64,000 nt of DNA. Source: Octopus sinensis. Its lineage: Eukaryota. Both the position numbers and the translations under genes were made by a program. This document shows, in pieces, positions 37,021-51,829 of this stretch. The stretch covers positions 14,847 through 78,846 of the forward strand of contig NW_021833586.1 of assembly GCF_006345805.1 (NCBI RefSeq), given 5' to 3'. The notes under the pieces were generated by a model that worked only from the letters and a program-made list of their open reading frames with translations, did no database searches and was not told the origin of the DNA. Position 1 is the first letter of the stretch, and each line of letters opens with the position of its first letter.

Positions 37021-37754
37021 AACAACACAGAAGATGGGGACAAATATCCGTCGAATGTAACTAATGTAAATACTGTACATAAATCCTCATCTCTTAAATA
37101 TAGAACTGTATTCGATAAAACAGTCCTTCCCGCTATGCAAATTAAATAAAATTTGGGATTTTTACGTATGGTGAAAATGGTAACAAAAACAGGACAGTGA
37201 GAACGAAACAGTAAAAACAAATGGTGAGGACGATGTGAAGTGGTGAACGCTGGAAAAAAGATATTTCAGAAAAGACAGATAAATTCGAAACGCAGAGTAG
37301 ATAAAACGTGGACAACTGATGAAGGGAATGGTCTTAATGTTGCATGTCTCGTTTCTCTTTTTGTTTTTTTTTCGTTGTTCGAAAAGAAGTTCGTTTTCTA
37401 TGTTTCCGTTTTTTTATGTTCTCGTTTCTCATTCTGTCTACGTTTTGTTTTTATGTCCTGTGTTCATATATGCATGTATATATACATATATATGTAGGTA
37501 CGTACATATATGTATGTATATATACGGTGCTGAGAGGGACAAACGCAGACACAAACACATATATGTGTGTGTGTGTCTATATATATGTATATGTGTATGT
37601 ATGTATCTGTGTGTGTATGTGTGTGTGTGTATAAACCCTTCAACAAAGTAACAGTCATGTGTACAACTTGAACAGACACATATCAGTACATAAACATACG
37701 CTCACATGTACATATACAGGTACACACATACAGACGCGTCTACATACTTATCTA

Positions 37755-38195
37755 AATACTCTCTCCAACGCCGCCGGAAGCGCCACACCATTTGTGTGAT
37801 GTGGAAAATATTCCATCAATATTGCACAAATAATGTTGGCATAAATTTTAAAATCCATCCAAGATTTGGCCCCCGTGCTATCCATCCACTACAAAAATTG
37901 AACTTCGGGACACATAACAACATTACGTCACAACTACTTTACCTCAACAGGTCCGGCTCTCTTTAATACCATACCAAAACACGTCAAAACGGAAACGGAT
38001 CTCATAAAATTCAAAAGTTCACCGAACAAATTTCTTCAAAAAAGCCCGGACCAAACTCTTACACCCGGATAAACAATAATAGCTCTTTGCTAGAACGGGC
38101 CATGGTGCCCCATATATGACTAAAAGACTTCACCAGGTGGTGCTCTTAAGTTAGATATAGCCTGGGCCTATACTGGCCGAAGCCTATCAAAGTTA
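37755..38195 (+). mobile_element. Degenerate 3' fragment of the same CR1/L2-group LINE family as 30453-31345
   Basis: YSLQRRRKRHTICVMWKIF..FKIHPRFGPRAIHP, plus the shared 3' UTR motif CAGGTGGTGCT.TTAAGTTAGA. Confidence 0.75.
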
Positions 38196-38244
<49 letters not shown>

Positions 38245-38326
38245 TATATATATTTATACGTATTTTGCCATGGCAAAAATACGTCACGTTGTGTTACCGC
38301 TACTGTATATAACTCACATTGATATT

Positions 38327-38369
<43 letters not shown>

Positions 38370-38599
38370 ATATATATATAATATATATATATACATACAG
38401 ACATAGATATTTACATGTAAACAGATACAGTTACGCCCAAATAAATATATATTCTATACATATCTATACATGTATATATATATATATGTATATATATATA
38501 TACATATATATATATGCATGTATATACACACACACATACGCATGCATGCAAGCATAATATATGTACGTATGTATGTATGCTTGTGTCTAGGTATTCTTT

Positions 38600-38744
38600 T
38601 ATTCTTGTATTTGTTTCAGTCATCTAACTGTGGTCATGCTGGAGGACCGCTTTTAGTCGACCAAATTGACCCTAGGACTTATTCTATGTGTTTTTTTGGG
38701 GGTCAGTTGTCAAGCGATGACAGGGGAACAAGTGCAGGCACACA

Positions 38745-38790
<46 letters not shown>

Positions 38791-38978
38791 TTAATATATA
38801 TATATATACGACGGGCTTCTTTCAGTCTCCCTCTACCAAATCCACTCACATGGCTTTGGTCGACCCTAGGCTATAGTAAAAGACACCTGCCCAAGTTGCC
38901 AAGCAGCGGGACTGAACCCGGAACTGTGATTGGAAAGCAAGTTTCATACCACGCAGCCATGCAGCCACGCCTGCGCCT
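38600..38978 (-). mobile_element. SINE family B, diverged
   Basis: Matches other family B copies. Confidence 0.75.
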
Positions 38979-40279
38979 ATGTATGTATGTATGTATGTAT
39001 GTATGTATGTATGTATGTATGTATGTATGTATGTATGTATGTATGTATGTATATGCACACACTCATTATACAATTATACTTACATAAAACATGCACACAG
39101 AAATATATACATACGAAAATTAAATAGGTGCATACATACATATATGCATGTATACATATATACACCCATATTGCCTCTCTTATTTATGAAATCATATAAA
39201 AGCCACAGATGGAAAAACTGGAACTGTATAGGTAGCTTTCCGGTGGAACGGCTCCTCGTTATATATCCCACACTCTGCCTCTGGTGCTATATGCTGTCAC
39301 GTATGCGATAGCTCTTAAAGCATTCTGTACTCATTTACCTAGCTGTAATTACGAGTCAGCGAGGGTTCCAATTTGTGGTCATTAGACCTGCTAGAAATAG
39401 CAGCTAAATCTCTCTACCATTTTAATAGTGTGAAAAGCGTATTTTACTATGTGGTTCCATAAGAGGTGATGGTCGTGGTTGAATTGTGTTTCTTTATATG
39501 CTGTGCTCGCTCAGATGCTTAGATGAAGACTCCAGCTACAAAAACAATAAAAGTAGTAGCAATAAGAACAACAAACCATTCTGTGGAATTGCTGATGATG
39601 GATCCTGTATGTGGTCGCTCATTCTGTCAGAAATAGCAGTCAAATCTAATTCACATAACACACAGCACCTAGAGAAAAGGAAGGAGGAATGTATCCATGG
39701 TGGACGGAACGCTTTTGACCGCAAGTCTGCTCGATGTGTGTTGACCTGGGGCTAAATTGCAAAAGCAGCAGCAGCAATTTAACTAAATATAAGCTAACGA
39801 AGGAGTCTCTGCATATTCATACGAACTTCTAAAATTAGCAGCCAAATGTCCTTAAAATCAGGCCAATCTGTCTTCATAAAATGGAACAACACGTTAGGCA
39901 GACATCTTTGGATATAGAAAAGAACCCTAATAAACAAGATGGTCACGGAAGTAATGTCTAATGTCATAGGTTTCCGCTCGATCAGAGCAAACCTGGAATT
40001 AAACATCTACAACATAATGATCTTTTTGGTATCAATGTATGTAAACTCAGGGCGACCTCTCGGTCTGTTGGAAATAGTAGTCAAATCTCCTTTATATTAG
40101 CCCCCTACTGTCTTGACAAATGAAACGTAATAAATAACAAAAGAAATCGAATATATGGGTGGGGTCAGCTGGGGGTTTAGTCCTACTTTTACAAAAAAAA
40201 ATTTGATCTACATATACATGCACAAATATATGCAAACACAAACATATAGTGTATGCCCGCAGGTGCATACACACAGTCA

Positions 40280-40952
40280 TATATACAAACATACATATAT
40301 ACATACATACATGCATACATACATACATACATACATACATGCATACATGCATACATACATACATACATACACATACATACATACGTACATACGTACATAC
40401 ATACATACATGCATACATACATACATGCATACATACATGCATACATACATACATACATGCATACATACACGTACATACATATATGCATACATACATACAT
40501 ACATACATACATACATAACATACAACATACATACATACATACATACATACATACATACATGCATACGTGCATGCATACATACATACATACATACAAACAT
40601 ACATACATACATACATACATACATACATACATACATACATACATACATACAAACATACATACATACATACATACATACATACATGCATACATACATGCAT
40701 ACGTGCATGCATACATACATACATACATACATACATACATACAGCATACATGCATACATACATCATACATGCATACATGCACAACATACATGCATACATG
40801 CATACATACATACATACATACATACATACAATACATACATACATGCATACATACATGCATACGTGCATGCATACATACATACATACATACATACATACAT
40901 ACATACATACATACATACATGCATACATACATACATACATACATACATACAA
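40280..40952. repeat. (CATA)n microsatellite, ~670 bp
   Basis: Direct read; source of the MYVC/HTYI pseudo-ORFs. Confidence 0.95.
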
Positions 40953-41312
40953 ACATAGTCCTAAATCAACCCGAAATAAAGTACATAAATTCAGTTGAAC
41001 GAAGAAGCTGATTAACTATGACTTTAGATATTGAATCTTAAAAGAACTTGATACTCTGCTCTGTATTTTCTATGCTGAGTTAATTTTCCGATAATTTAAA
41101 TATACGCTTGACCAGAGAGGGAAGAATGGAAAAAATAAATAAATGAAAATGATATAACGGACGCTAAGCCATTAGAGTTATTTCCCCTGAATCAGATATC
41201 TCATCGCAGGTTAAAAATTGCAAACCGCGACAAAAAGGCTAAGATTAAAAAACAAATTAAATGAACGTATGAATAAAAGAACGAATTTTAATGAACAAGG
41301 TGTGAATGATAT

Positions 41313-41537
41313 AGCTGGCAGAAACGTTAGCACGCCGGGCGAAATGCGTAGCCGTATTTCGTCTACCGTTACGTTCTGAGTTCAAATTCCGCCGAGGTCG
41401 ACTTTGCCTTTCATCCTTTCGGGGTCGATGAATTAAGTACCAGTTACGCATTGGGTTCGATGTAATCGACTTAATCCGTTTGTCTGTCCTTGTTTGTCTC
41501 CTCTGTGTTTAGCCCCTTGTGGGTAGTAAAGAAATAG
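41313..41537 (+). mobile_element. SINE family C, followed by a reverse family B copy (~41560-41877)
   Basis: Matches other copies. Confidence 0.8.
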
Positions 41538-42106
41538 ATATATATATATTCTTTTAGTCTTTTATTTTTTTCGGTCATTTGACTGCGGCAATGCTCGAGT
41601 ACCTTAAATTCGAAGAAATCGACCCCAGATTTTATTCACTGGTTCACAGGGTGGGTTGGGGAACAAACACAGACACAAAGACACGCATATACAGACACAT
41701 ATATATATAAATATATACGACGGGCTTCATTTAGTTTCTGTCTACGAAATCCACTCACAAGGCCTTGGTCGACTCAGGGCTATAGTAGAAGACTCTTGCC
41801 CTAGGTGCAACGCTGTGTGACTGAACCTAGAACCATGTGGCTGGGAAGCAAGCTTCTTACCACACAGCCACGCCTGATGTTTTCTTTAGTATTTCTATAA
41901 TCGGCAACAGTTGCGAAGTAGAAGTTGTAACTTTTGTCGATAAAAATGTTTTAAAAAATATACGTATATACCAATTCCACGTAGATACACGCCTTTATAT
42001 ATGAGTGTAGGTATGTGTGTGTATGCACAAATATGTATATGTGTAAATATATATATATATACATATATATATATACATATATATATATGTATATATATAA
42101 ATACAC

Positions 42107-42138
<32 letters not shown>

Positions 42139-42826
42139 TATATATATATGCGGGTATGTGTTTACTCGTGTGTATGGATGTACACATACTCACACACGCA
42201 TGCGTGCGCACGCGCACACACATACATATATATCTACAAGATTAGGGACTAGAGTACATATGTTTCGATCCTAGCAGAACCTCGGAAGTAGTAATTACCC
42301 AAACGAGAGATAATCCGCTAGCAACTTGTCGGGCCAAAGAACCCTTAGTCAAATGAAGTTTACGTTGTCCTCAAGGGATCACAGGACGACAATGTCAACT
42401 CCATTCCCTAATTTTGGATTTGTTTTTTGTTTTTTTTCGCATACGCAGCAACCAAGTTGCTAACAGTGAACTATGAAAGCCGTCGGAAAACCGATTATAG
42501 CAGCGACTCCATTTAAGAATATCTGAAGAAGGAATTTTATTCCGAAATATCATCGTACTATGGATAACTAAATATGAAATATCTTGTTTCAGCTTATCGA
42601 ACTTCGATATGAGAATATCGAAGTTCGATATTCCCATATAGTCAATAAACCATTATTGTTCGTGAAGTTTTTTTTTTATCCTTCTACGGTTTTCTCGAAC
42701 CTTACTAACTTCCTACACTTTGATTCTTGGATCATACCTTTACATACATACATACGTACATACATACATTCATACATACATACATGCATACATACAAACA
42801 CTTACATACATACATGCATACATACA

Positions 42827-43520
<694 letters not shown>

Positions 43521-43745
43521 ATATGTGTGTGTTGTGTGTGTGTGTGTGTGTGTGTGTGTATGATTGGCTTTGTATCATTGGCCTGAAGATGAACCTGTGT
43601 TATACACTCCGCTTGGATATTTAACTCTTCTGAGGCTCCACTCGCTATGGAACATATGTAGCCCAGATCTTATCAACTCCATTCCTTAACACTTGTATAT
43701 GTATATATTATACGAAGAATAGAAAACACACAATACTTTCTTTTT

Positions 43746-43874
43746 TCCTACAGCTGTTTCGATAAATCATACGAGAACATTGCTAAATGGATAATGTAAA
43801 GTGCATAAATATTAGTTTTAGTTGTGAACTGATTTAAATTTAGTTAACTGAGTTAAAATTTACTTCATCAGGAA
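43746..43874 (-). ncRNA. Degenerate hammerhead-ribozyme motif
   Basis: Reverse strand TTC-CTGATGA-A-G..(~95 nt)..C-GAAAC-AGCT-GTA-GGA; palindrome ACAGCTGT; weak stems I and II. Confidence 0.35.
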
Positions 43875-43914
43875 TGTTTCTGAAATACGAAGACAAAATC
43901 ACTGATGCTGGTAT

Positions 43915-44302
43915 GGATGGAAGCACTCCGTCGGTTACGACGACGAGGGTTCCGGTTGATCCGAATCAATGGAACAGCCTGCTCGTGAAATTAACGTGTA
44001 AGTGGCTGAGCACTCCACAGACACGTGTACCCTTAACGTAGTTCTCGGGGATATTCAGCGTGACGCAGAGAGTGACAAGGCCGGCCCTTTGAAATACAGG
44101 TACAACGGAAACAGGAAGTAAGAGTGAGAGAAAGTTGTGGTGGAAGAGTACAGCAGGGATCACCACCATCCCCTGCCGGAGCATCGTGGAGCTTTAGGTG
44201 TTTTCGTTCAATAAACACTCACAACGCCCGGTCTGGGAATCGAAACCGCGATCCTATGACCACGAGTCCGCTGCCCTAACCACTGGGCCATTGCGCCTCC
44301 AC
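43915..44302 (-). mobile_element. SINE family A, full length with target-site duplication
   Basis: TGATGCTGGTAT direct repeat at 43903-43914 and 44303-44314; A/B boxes. Confidence 0.9.
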
Positions 44303-44331
44303 TGATGCTGGTATACATACGTACGAATCGA

Positions 44332-44602
44332 GGTAAAAAATGTTACAAGTAAAAAAGGTCACAGGAAAAATAGTCACGGTAAAAAAGCCGCAGGAAAAAA
44401 TGTCACAGGAGTTTGTCCAGGGTTGGGGAGATCCGAGGGGGTTTTGTCTGGATCCTATAAATGAATTATGATTTTTTTCCTGTGACTTTATTACCGATCA
44501 CCATAAATTAATCGTAACTTTTTTTCCTGTGACTTTTTTTCCTCACCAAAATTTGTCACTTTATTACTGTGACTTTTTTTCCTACGATTTTATTACCGGT
44601 CA
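44332..44602. mobile_element. Element with inverted arrays of AAAAAAGTCACAGG-like subrepeats
   Basis: Forward array ~44332-44410, reverse array ~44491-44602; central motif related to ~48720-48775. Confidence 0.55.
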
Positions 44603-46936
44603 TCATACATACATGCATGATTTCTAAATTTTCTTTATCTCCGTATTGTGAGTCTTCATGACGGTCAATGAGATGCTGGATGGTATCGCGAGATTGCGAT
44701 TGCATTTCATTTACAGTGAATCTCTGCTGTGAGATCCCATGACTAACAAGCAACAAGAACATGTACAGTACTTGTACTATCATGCGGAGAGCGAAAGAAT
44801 ATGATGATTTGGAATAGACTATTTCTCTGAAAGAAATGACTTTTTCAGTTGTTTAAATCAAATCTTCTTTTATTAGGTACATCGGCATAAAAGGACAATA
44901 TCCTGCTGTCATTGTTTTTTGTTGTTTTTTTTGGTTTATTTTTGCCTTTTTTTTTTGGTAAAAGCTCAGTCCAGAAACATTAAGTGCTACTTCTCCAAAC
45001 GGTATATACTCTTATCCAAATTTCCATACTTCACTCTTTAATCAGAATATGTTGGAAAAGTTTTTGCGAGTCCTAAATGTACATAATTCACAATAATTAA
45101 AGTACGTTAGGAAAGGAATGAGGGGTCCAAACTCACAGGGCCCACTAATTAAATTATATTAGAAAATGAATAAAGTCAACAACCTCATATATTTCACAAT
45201 ATAATAAAAAAATATCGTAAGAAAAGAGTGAAAACCTCAAACTCGCATGATTCATTCTAAGGAAGAGAAGTTTAAACTTTCGAATCATCGTTGAGTCCGC
45301 TTCAAATATAACTTATTTGTTGTTGTTGCTGCTGTTGATTTTGAACCCAGGTACCTGCTATTCAAGTCGTTCATTCTCTTATATATACGTATACATGAGA
45401 ATTGGTCTTGGGTTTGAAAATCTGTATATGTATATATGTATGTACATAAATATGTGTGCATATTATGTATATATGTGTTTATGAATGTATGTGTCTATAT
45501 ATATATGGACTGCGATGGACTGGCGTCCCATTGCAGCTCGGGCGAACACATACGCCACAGAAACCGGGAAACTGGGTCCATGAGCCTTGCTAGGTTTGAA
45601 AAGGGCGCACAAATAAAAAATATATGCATGCAAGTGTATATATATTTTTTATATATACATCGTACGGACATACATGCCATTATCATAGATGCATTAGGTT
45701 ATATACCAACAAATTTGCACAAAAACCTAGAAATACTCGCTTTCACAACGAACATAAGGAACTGAAGCAGATTCTCCAACTCTAGTCTGTTAGAGTCACA
45801 GTGAAGATTTGTAAGACAATGGGAAAATTCTCCATGTGAGATTCTTATGTGAATAGATGCACACACTTAGGTGTATGCATCGATAGTTCAGTCAACACAC
45901 CAACTCAGTCTCATATTTGCAAACACGGGGAAATCTTTTAACTCAAAATGTCTTGCTTTGTGTAGAGAACGGCTTGAACTCTCTCAAGAACTTAAATTAA
46001 ACTAAAAGAAAAAACATACGTACGCACACATGCACGCATACACACACACATACATACATACATACATACATACATACGTACATACATACATACATACATA
46101 CATACATACATACATACATACATACATACATACATACATACACAGGCTAATGTGGCTTCTATCTTTTAAGTGGTCGTGTGCTCATGCAGTTTCGAAATGC
46201 AATGAATCAAAGTTTGGAAGCCTGTAAACAGTCCATAAAAAAGTTACTATCAATCACGACGCTATTGTTCACCAAAAATCATATCAAATAAAAGTAAATA
46301 AATAAATATATCACCATAGTTTATCAGAAACAAAAATGAGATTCAAATGTTTTCAAATGACCAGGCGGCAAAGATCAAAAGACTACGATACGTATCCATT
46401 CCAGTGAAAGAGCCAGACACGCTTGGACGCCCTTTTCACTAAGTGGTCAGCTGACGATATACTGACCGACTGCAAAGGAGACTTAATTGTGAAAAGTCTC
46501 TCTACTTGTTCGCTGCTTGCTAGCACACATCAACAGTATTTTCTCTCTGCCGCCTCGGAACCCCACCAACTTCCTTCTGTTTTCCCCTCTCCACCTCCCC
46601 CGCTGCCATCTCTATCAAGCCCATCTAAACAAACACCCTTTTCTCCCTCCGCTCTATCATTCTCATCCACATCCATCTAACCTGTTTCAACTCACACCCT
46701 TAGAACCTCTTTAAGAGTTTCCCCTTCTTCTCACTTATTTCTCATAAGCCAACACCATAACCACCACTATCACTACTGCTGCCACCACCACTACGATCGC
46801 CGACGCCGCCACCTACTCCATTTCGCTTCCTTATCAACTGATCCTTAACCGGATTTCATGGGTCTCTGTGATCAACAGGGAGCGTGGTTGTTACGGTTGG
46901 TGTTAAGTTTATTTTCTCTCCCTCTCCCTCTCTTTC

Positions 46937-46970
<34 letters not shown>

Positions 46971-47911
46971 ATATATTTGTATGTATGTATGTATGTATGT
47001 ATGTATGTATGTATGTATATGTCTAGCCCTCTCTCATAGCCGTCATATCATGTTACCCGTTGCCTGTGAAAGATTTATATCAACTACCAAAACCCCTACA
47101 CCTGTCCCCTAAAAACCCTTTACGTTCGACTAAATGGCTCCTCGCAATTTTTCGAAATAAATAAATAAATATACAAATAAATAACAGAAAGACTACACCA
47201 AGAAAATGCGTTTCAACGATAATGGTTTCTTTCGAACATAGGCACAAGGCCAAAATTTTTTCTTCTAAGGGGTGAGTGAGAGATTTCGACAGTTGAATTT
47301 TATCCACCCCGAAACAACAAAATATAAAGTGGAGCCTAGCTGGATTCGAACCTAGAGCGTAAAGGGACGAAACTAAATGCTATACGTTTATACTGGTACA
47401 CTAATAACCCTTTCTACTAAAGATACAAGGCCTTAAAGTTTGTGAGAGGGGTGGATTAGAACGACCCTAGTGAATAAATAGGACTTAACTTGTTGACACC
47501 CAAAGGATAAAAGAGATAGTCGACCTTGGAGGAATTTGAACTCAGGACGCAAAAAGAGATACCTATTACGCACATTGACCATCTCGTAGCTAAGAATTCA
47601 TAGACGATAGTATTTTCATATTATTTCTTAGATAAACTGCGGCATTTCTTTCGGTTATATCCATTGTGAGTTCAAATTCCACCGAGTTCAGCTTTCAATG
47701 AATTATCATTTAAAAATATTGTTATTTTATAAACATAGTTTTAGTAACCCGGTTATTATTAACTGAATTGGGCTTGTTCTGAGGTAATTTTAATACGAAA
47801 AATTGTTACCAAATGATCGTGTGAGGTGTAGAAACATAGGTTGTGCTGCATTGATAAAGCCTATGAACTTCCATCTGCAAGTTATCATTGTTATTATATT
47901 ATATTCATAAA

Positions 47912-48240
47912 GGCGGCGAGCCGGCGGAATCGTTAGCACGCCGGGCGAAATGCGTAGCCGTATTTTGTCTGCCGTTACGTTCTAAGTTCAAATTCCGCCG
48001 AGGTGGACTTTGCTTTTCCTCCTTTCGGGATCGATTAAATAAGAACCAGTTACGCACTGGGGTCGATACAATCGACTTAATCCATTTGTTTGTCCCCTCT
48101 GTGTGTAGGTATTTCATCTGCCGCTATTTTCTGAGTTCAAATTCCGCCGAGGTCGACTTTGCTTTTCATCCTTTCGGGTCGATTAAATAAATACCAGTTA
48201 CGAACTGGGGTCGATGTAATCGACTACCCCGTCGCCCAAC
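47912..48240 (+). mobile_element. SINE family C with a partial tandem second copy
   Basis: GAGTTCAAATTCCGCCGAGGT occurs twice (~47985 and ~48135). Confidence 0.8.
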
Positions 48241-48434
48241 TTTCAGGCCTTATGCCCATTGTCGAAAGGGCTATCATAATATATTTATCCTAAGCTGAAA
48301 GGAGTTCCACGGGTCAACCCATGCCATTGCCCCCGGGAAATGGAATTAACAGGTAATAGCCGACAAGAAACATATAAACTTATAAGAGAGCATTAAGTGT
48401 CTTTTCCCCAAATTAAACTAAATGGACGGATATA

Positions 48435-48672
48435 CAGGGCTATTCAAAAGAATGAACCGATTTCATTATGCAATAAGGGAAAGCAATAGAAAACTCCAGG
48501 TAACTCACAATCAACATTTATTTCCTCTCTTACAAGTTTTCAATGTGACCACCACCTGCAGCACGGGCAATATCAATGCAGTAAAAGAATTCCTCCCAGA
48601 CACTCTTTGTGCTTGGCCAGCGAGATCTCCAGACCTAACCGTATGTGATATTTTCTTGAGGGTACATCGAAG
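48435..48672 (+). mobile_element. Internally deleted mariner/Tc1-superfamily element
   Basis: TA|CAGGGCTATTCAAAAGAATG start and the WPARSPDLTVCDIF motif (cf. WPPRSPDLxPxDF of the Tc1/mariner catalytic domain). Confidence 0.7.
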
Positions 48673-50249
48673 GTGAGTGGTAGCAGTGGAACATAAACGC
48701 GATCTTTTACATATATGTGATCCGGACAACCCCACCCCACCGGATAAAGACTCTTCGGACAAAACCTCCTCGGGTTGGGGTGTTGCGCTCACTAATGCGA
48801 GACTCTGATTTGAATTCTTGAACAGGGTAGTGCGTGGTGTTCTTGAGCAAAAATCTTCATCTCATGCTGGTCTTCGATCATATCAACAGCTGAAGTGTTG
48901 CAACCTGTACACTTGGTTCAGGCAGCGTCAATTTGATAGGAGTGAACGAATGTATAGCACAATTATTTGATCCCTGTAAACAAATAATTTGTGCAGGTAT
49001 TTCGACTAAGGGCGAATTGAATTACATATATATGGATGGATGGATGGATGGATGGACTGATGTCAATTCCTTAACCCATGAGTAAAGGAAAAGCACTACA
49101 GTCCTAGGAGGAAGGGTACCACCTTCAAACCATGTGTCTTTCCTCACTGACACAGACACCATGCATTCTTGGTGTGAGCATCACAAGTGCATTTTCCCGC
49201 CACGTCTTTTTGTACACATAACATACTGCTTCCTTTTACATAATTTTCTTTCGGTTATAACACCCTTTTCTTATAGGTACGACACAGTAACCTCCTCTGT
49301 TCTTATTGCTTCCACCACAGAAGCGAGGTTACCGGAGCTTGCTGCCATAATCAAATAGTAAAATTTCTAACAGAACAGAGCGTCAAAAAGTGGTTTCAAT
49401 ATATTTGTCAACACGCGCTTTCTTGCAGACAAAAGAGTTCTCTGTTCCGCTTCTTACTATGGAAACAGGCATGAATATGTCGATGGCTTACGATTGGCTA
49501 AAAGTACCAAAATTTTTTTTAATTAATTGCTAATAATTCTTTATTTCTTAATTTATAGCGAAAATGATTTTCACGTCATTCATTAGCCTACATAAGCGTA
49601 TCATTACATTGAATATGACATCAATTCGAACAGAATTGGTGTTGCAGCCAAACCGAAAAGATCCTCGAGCTGGTCAAGGGTATCAGAGTAGTGAAGATTC
49701 GAAACCAGAAGAGCCCCGAGAAACAGAAGCTAATATAGGAACTGGTCGGCAGTGAACGAGAGGCGGAGGTACGAGACTTACCAATTCTAGATAATAGAGC
49801 ATTTTATATAAGCGTGTCGGTGGCGGGTAGCTGAGAGACGGAAGTAGAATACCAGAAATCTCCGAGGAACAGCGGCTAGTATAGTATCGGATAGGTCGAG
49901 GAAATCCGAGAAACAGGGGTACGGAACCAAATAATCTCCAAGTAAAATGGGGCATTATTGCAGCAAGTCACTCGAGGGAAACTGTGAGACAGAGGTATGA
50001 GACCAGGTAGCTCCAAGCAACAGAGGATTTTATAGTAGTGAGTCAGTGGAGGGTGTCTGAGTGTTGGCGTTACGAGAACAGCAACTGCAAGAAAACAGGG
50101 ACTTTTTATTTTAGCGAATTAGTCGAGGGTAGCTCAGTGACAGAAATACGCGATCAGCAAACTTCGATGAACAGAGGGCATAGTATTGAATCGGTCTAGG
50201 GTTCATCCAACTATGAGGAACAGAGGCCTTTTTAGAGCAGCGACAGAAA

Positions 50250-50598
50250 GTGGAGGCGCAATGGCCCAATGGTTAGTACAGCGGACTCGCGGTCGGAGGA
50301 TCGCGGTTTCGATTCCCAGACCAGGCGTTGTGTTTGTTTATTGATCGAAAACACCTAATGTTCCACGAGGCTCCGGCAGGGGGTGGTAGCGACCCATGAT
50401 GTACTCTTTTGCTCCAACTTTCTCTTACTCTTTCTTCCTGTTTCTTGTCCCCGACTTCCTACGCAAACGCTGAGCCTGGATGCGCATTCATCCATCCGGC
50501 GATGCTCTCGGTGTCGGGGGTTGACCTGCAAATACGAATAGCAAAGGGCCACGTTTCGGACTTCTCCCACGAAGACCGCTTCGCTCAACAGCAACAGC
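50250..50598 (+). mobile_element. SINE family A' with 14-bp target-site duplication
   Basis: AGCAGCGACAGAAA at 50236-50249 and 50599-50612; homologous to 11245-11625. Confidence 0.9.
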
Positions 50599-51024
50599 AG
50601 CAGCGACAGAAAAGACAACATTTTTCAAAAACATAACATGCAGATTTCAGGTTATATATGAAGTGGAATTTCAAATCAGGGCCCTCATAAACCTTTAGTT
50701 TTACATAAATTATCATATATTATGTTGAGAGGAAGCATGTCCCGTCGGGATTTGCATGGAACTGATCCATTTGTGTGTTAGTGACCCGCTCAATGAGGTG
50801 TTACATTTAATGACTCCCATTAGCTTCTGTTGTCATCTCCAGTGTCGAGTTATGTATTGGACGGGATTGGTACTCTAGTCACATACCATCACACACACAC
50901 ACACACACACACATACATACATACATACACACATACACATTCACACACTCATATAAACAATTAACATACATACAAATATAGTTGTGCGAGTGTGTGTACA
51001 TTTGGTTGTTTGTGTATAGAAATG

Positions 51025-51084
<60 letters not shown>

Positions 51085-51359
51085 CATATACATACGCACA
51101 CACGCACGCACACACAGTTATACGCACGCGCACTCATATATGCAAAAGCACATCCTCCAAACTATAAAACGGTAATAGTCATGCTGGTAGCAATGACTTT
51201 TATTACTTTCCACTATCATAAGCAAACAATAAATATGTCACCTCATTGACTTCACACACACACACAAATGCACAAATATGTATGTACACGTGTATATATT
51301 TATGTATGGATGTATCTGTGTGTGTGTACATATACGAACACTCACACATACATATATGT

Positions 51360-51390
<31 letters not shown>

Positions 51391-51434
51391 GATATATATA
51401 TATATATATAATATATATATATAGATATATATAT

Positions 51435-51525
<91 letters not shown>

Positions 51526-51537
51526 TATTATATATAG

Positions 51538-51574
<37 letters not shown>

Positions 51575-51829
51575 GAGGCATTATAAATCAAATATTAATA
51601 AAGTGTTGATAATAAAAATAATGATAATAGCTTGATATGAGCCGCACCAGCTCCACACGTACATATTCACTCATACAACACACGCACGCGCACTTTATAT
51701 CCCTTAGCTTTTCTATCTCACCCAATTTCACTCATTCTTTATAAATTTTCTTTCACCATCACTTTTGTTCCCACTCAATCCTCATTGTTTACATATACAT
51801 ATATTTATCGTTAAAATACATCTCGCTAA

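Noticed and set aside
39590-39650. CTGATGA...GAAA...GTC as a hammerhead
   Set aside because: No stem I, and the GAAA/GTC part belongs to an unrelated repeat motif.
40092-41011. MYVC/HTYI repeat ORFs (also near 33358, 51203, 59568, 61812)
   Set aside because: Translations of (CATA)n, (TA)n and (TCTA)n microsatellites.
46423-46714. Non-repetitive-looking 85-aa ORF (MDALFTKW...)
   Set aside because: Non-ATG start, no recognisable domain or splice context, Pro/Ser-rich from a pyrimidine tract.
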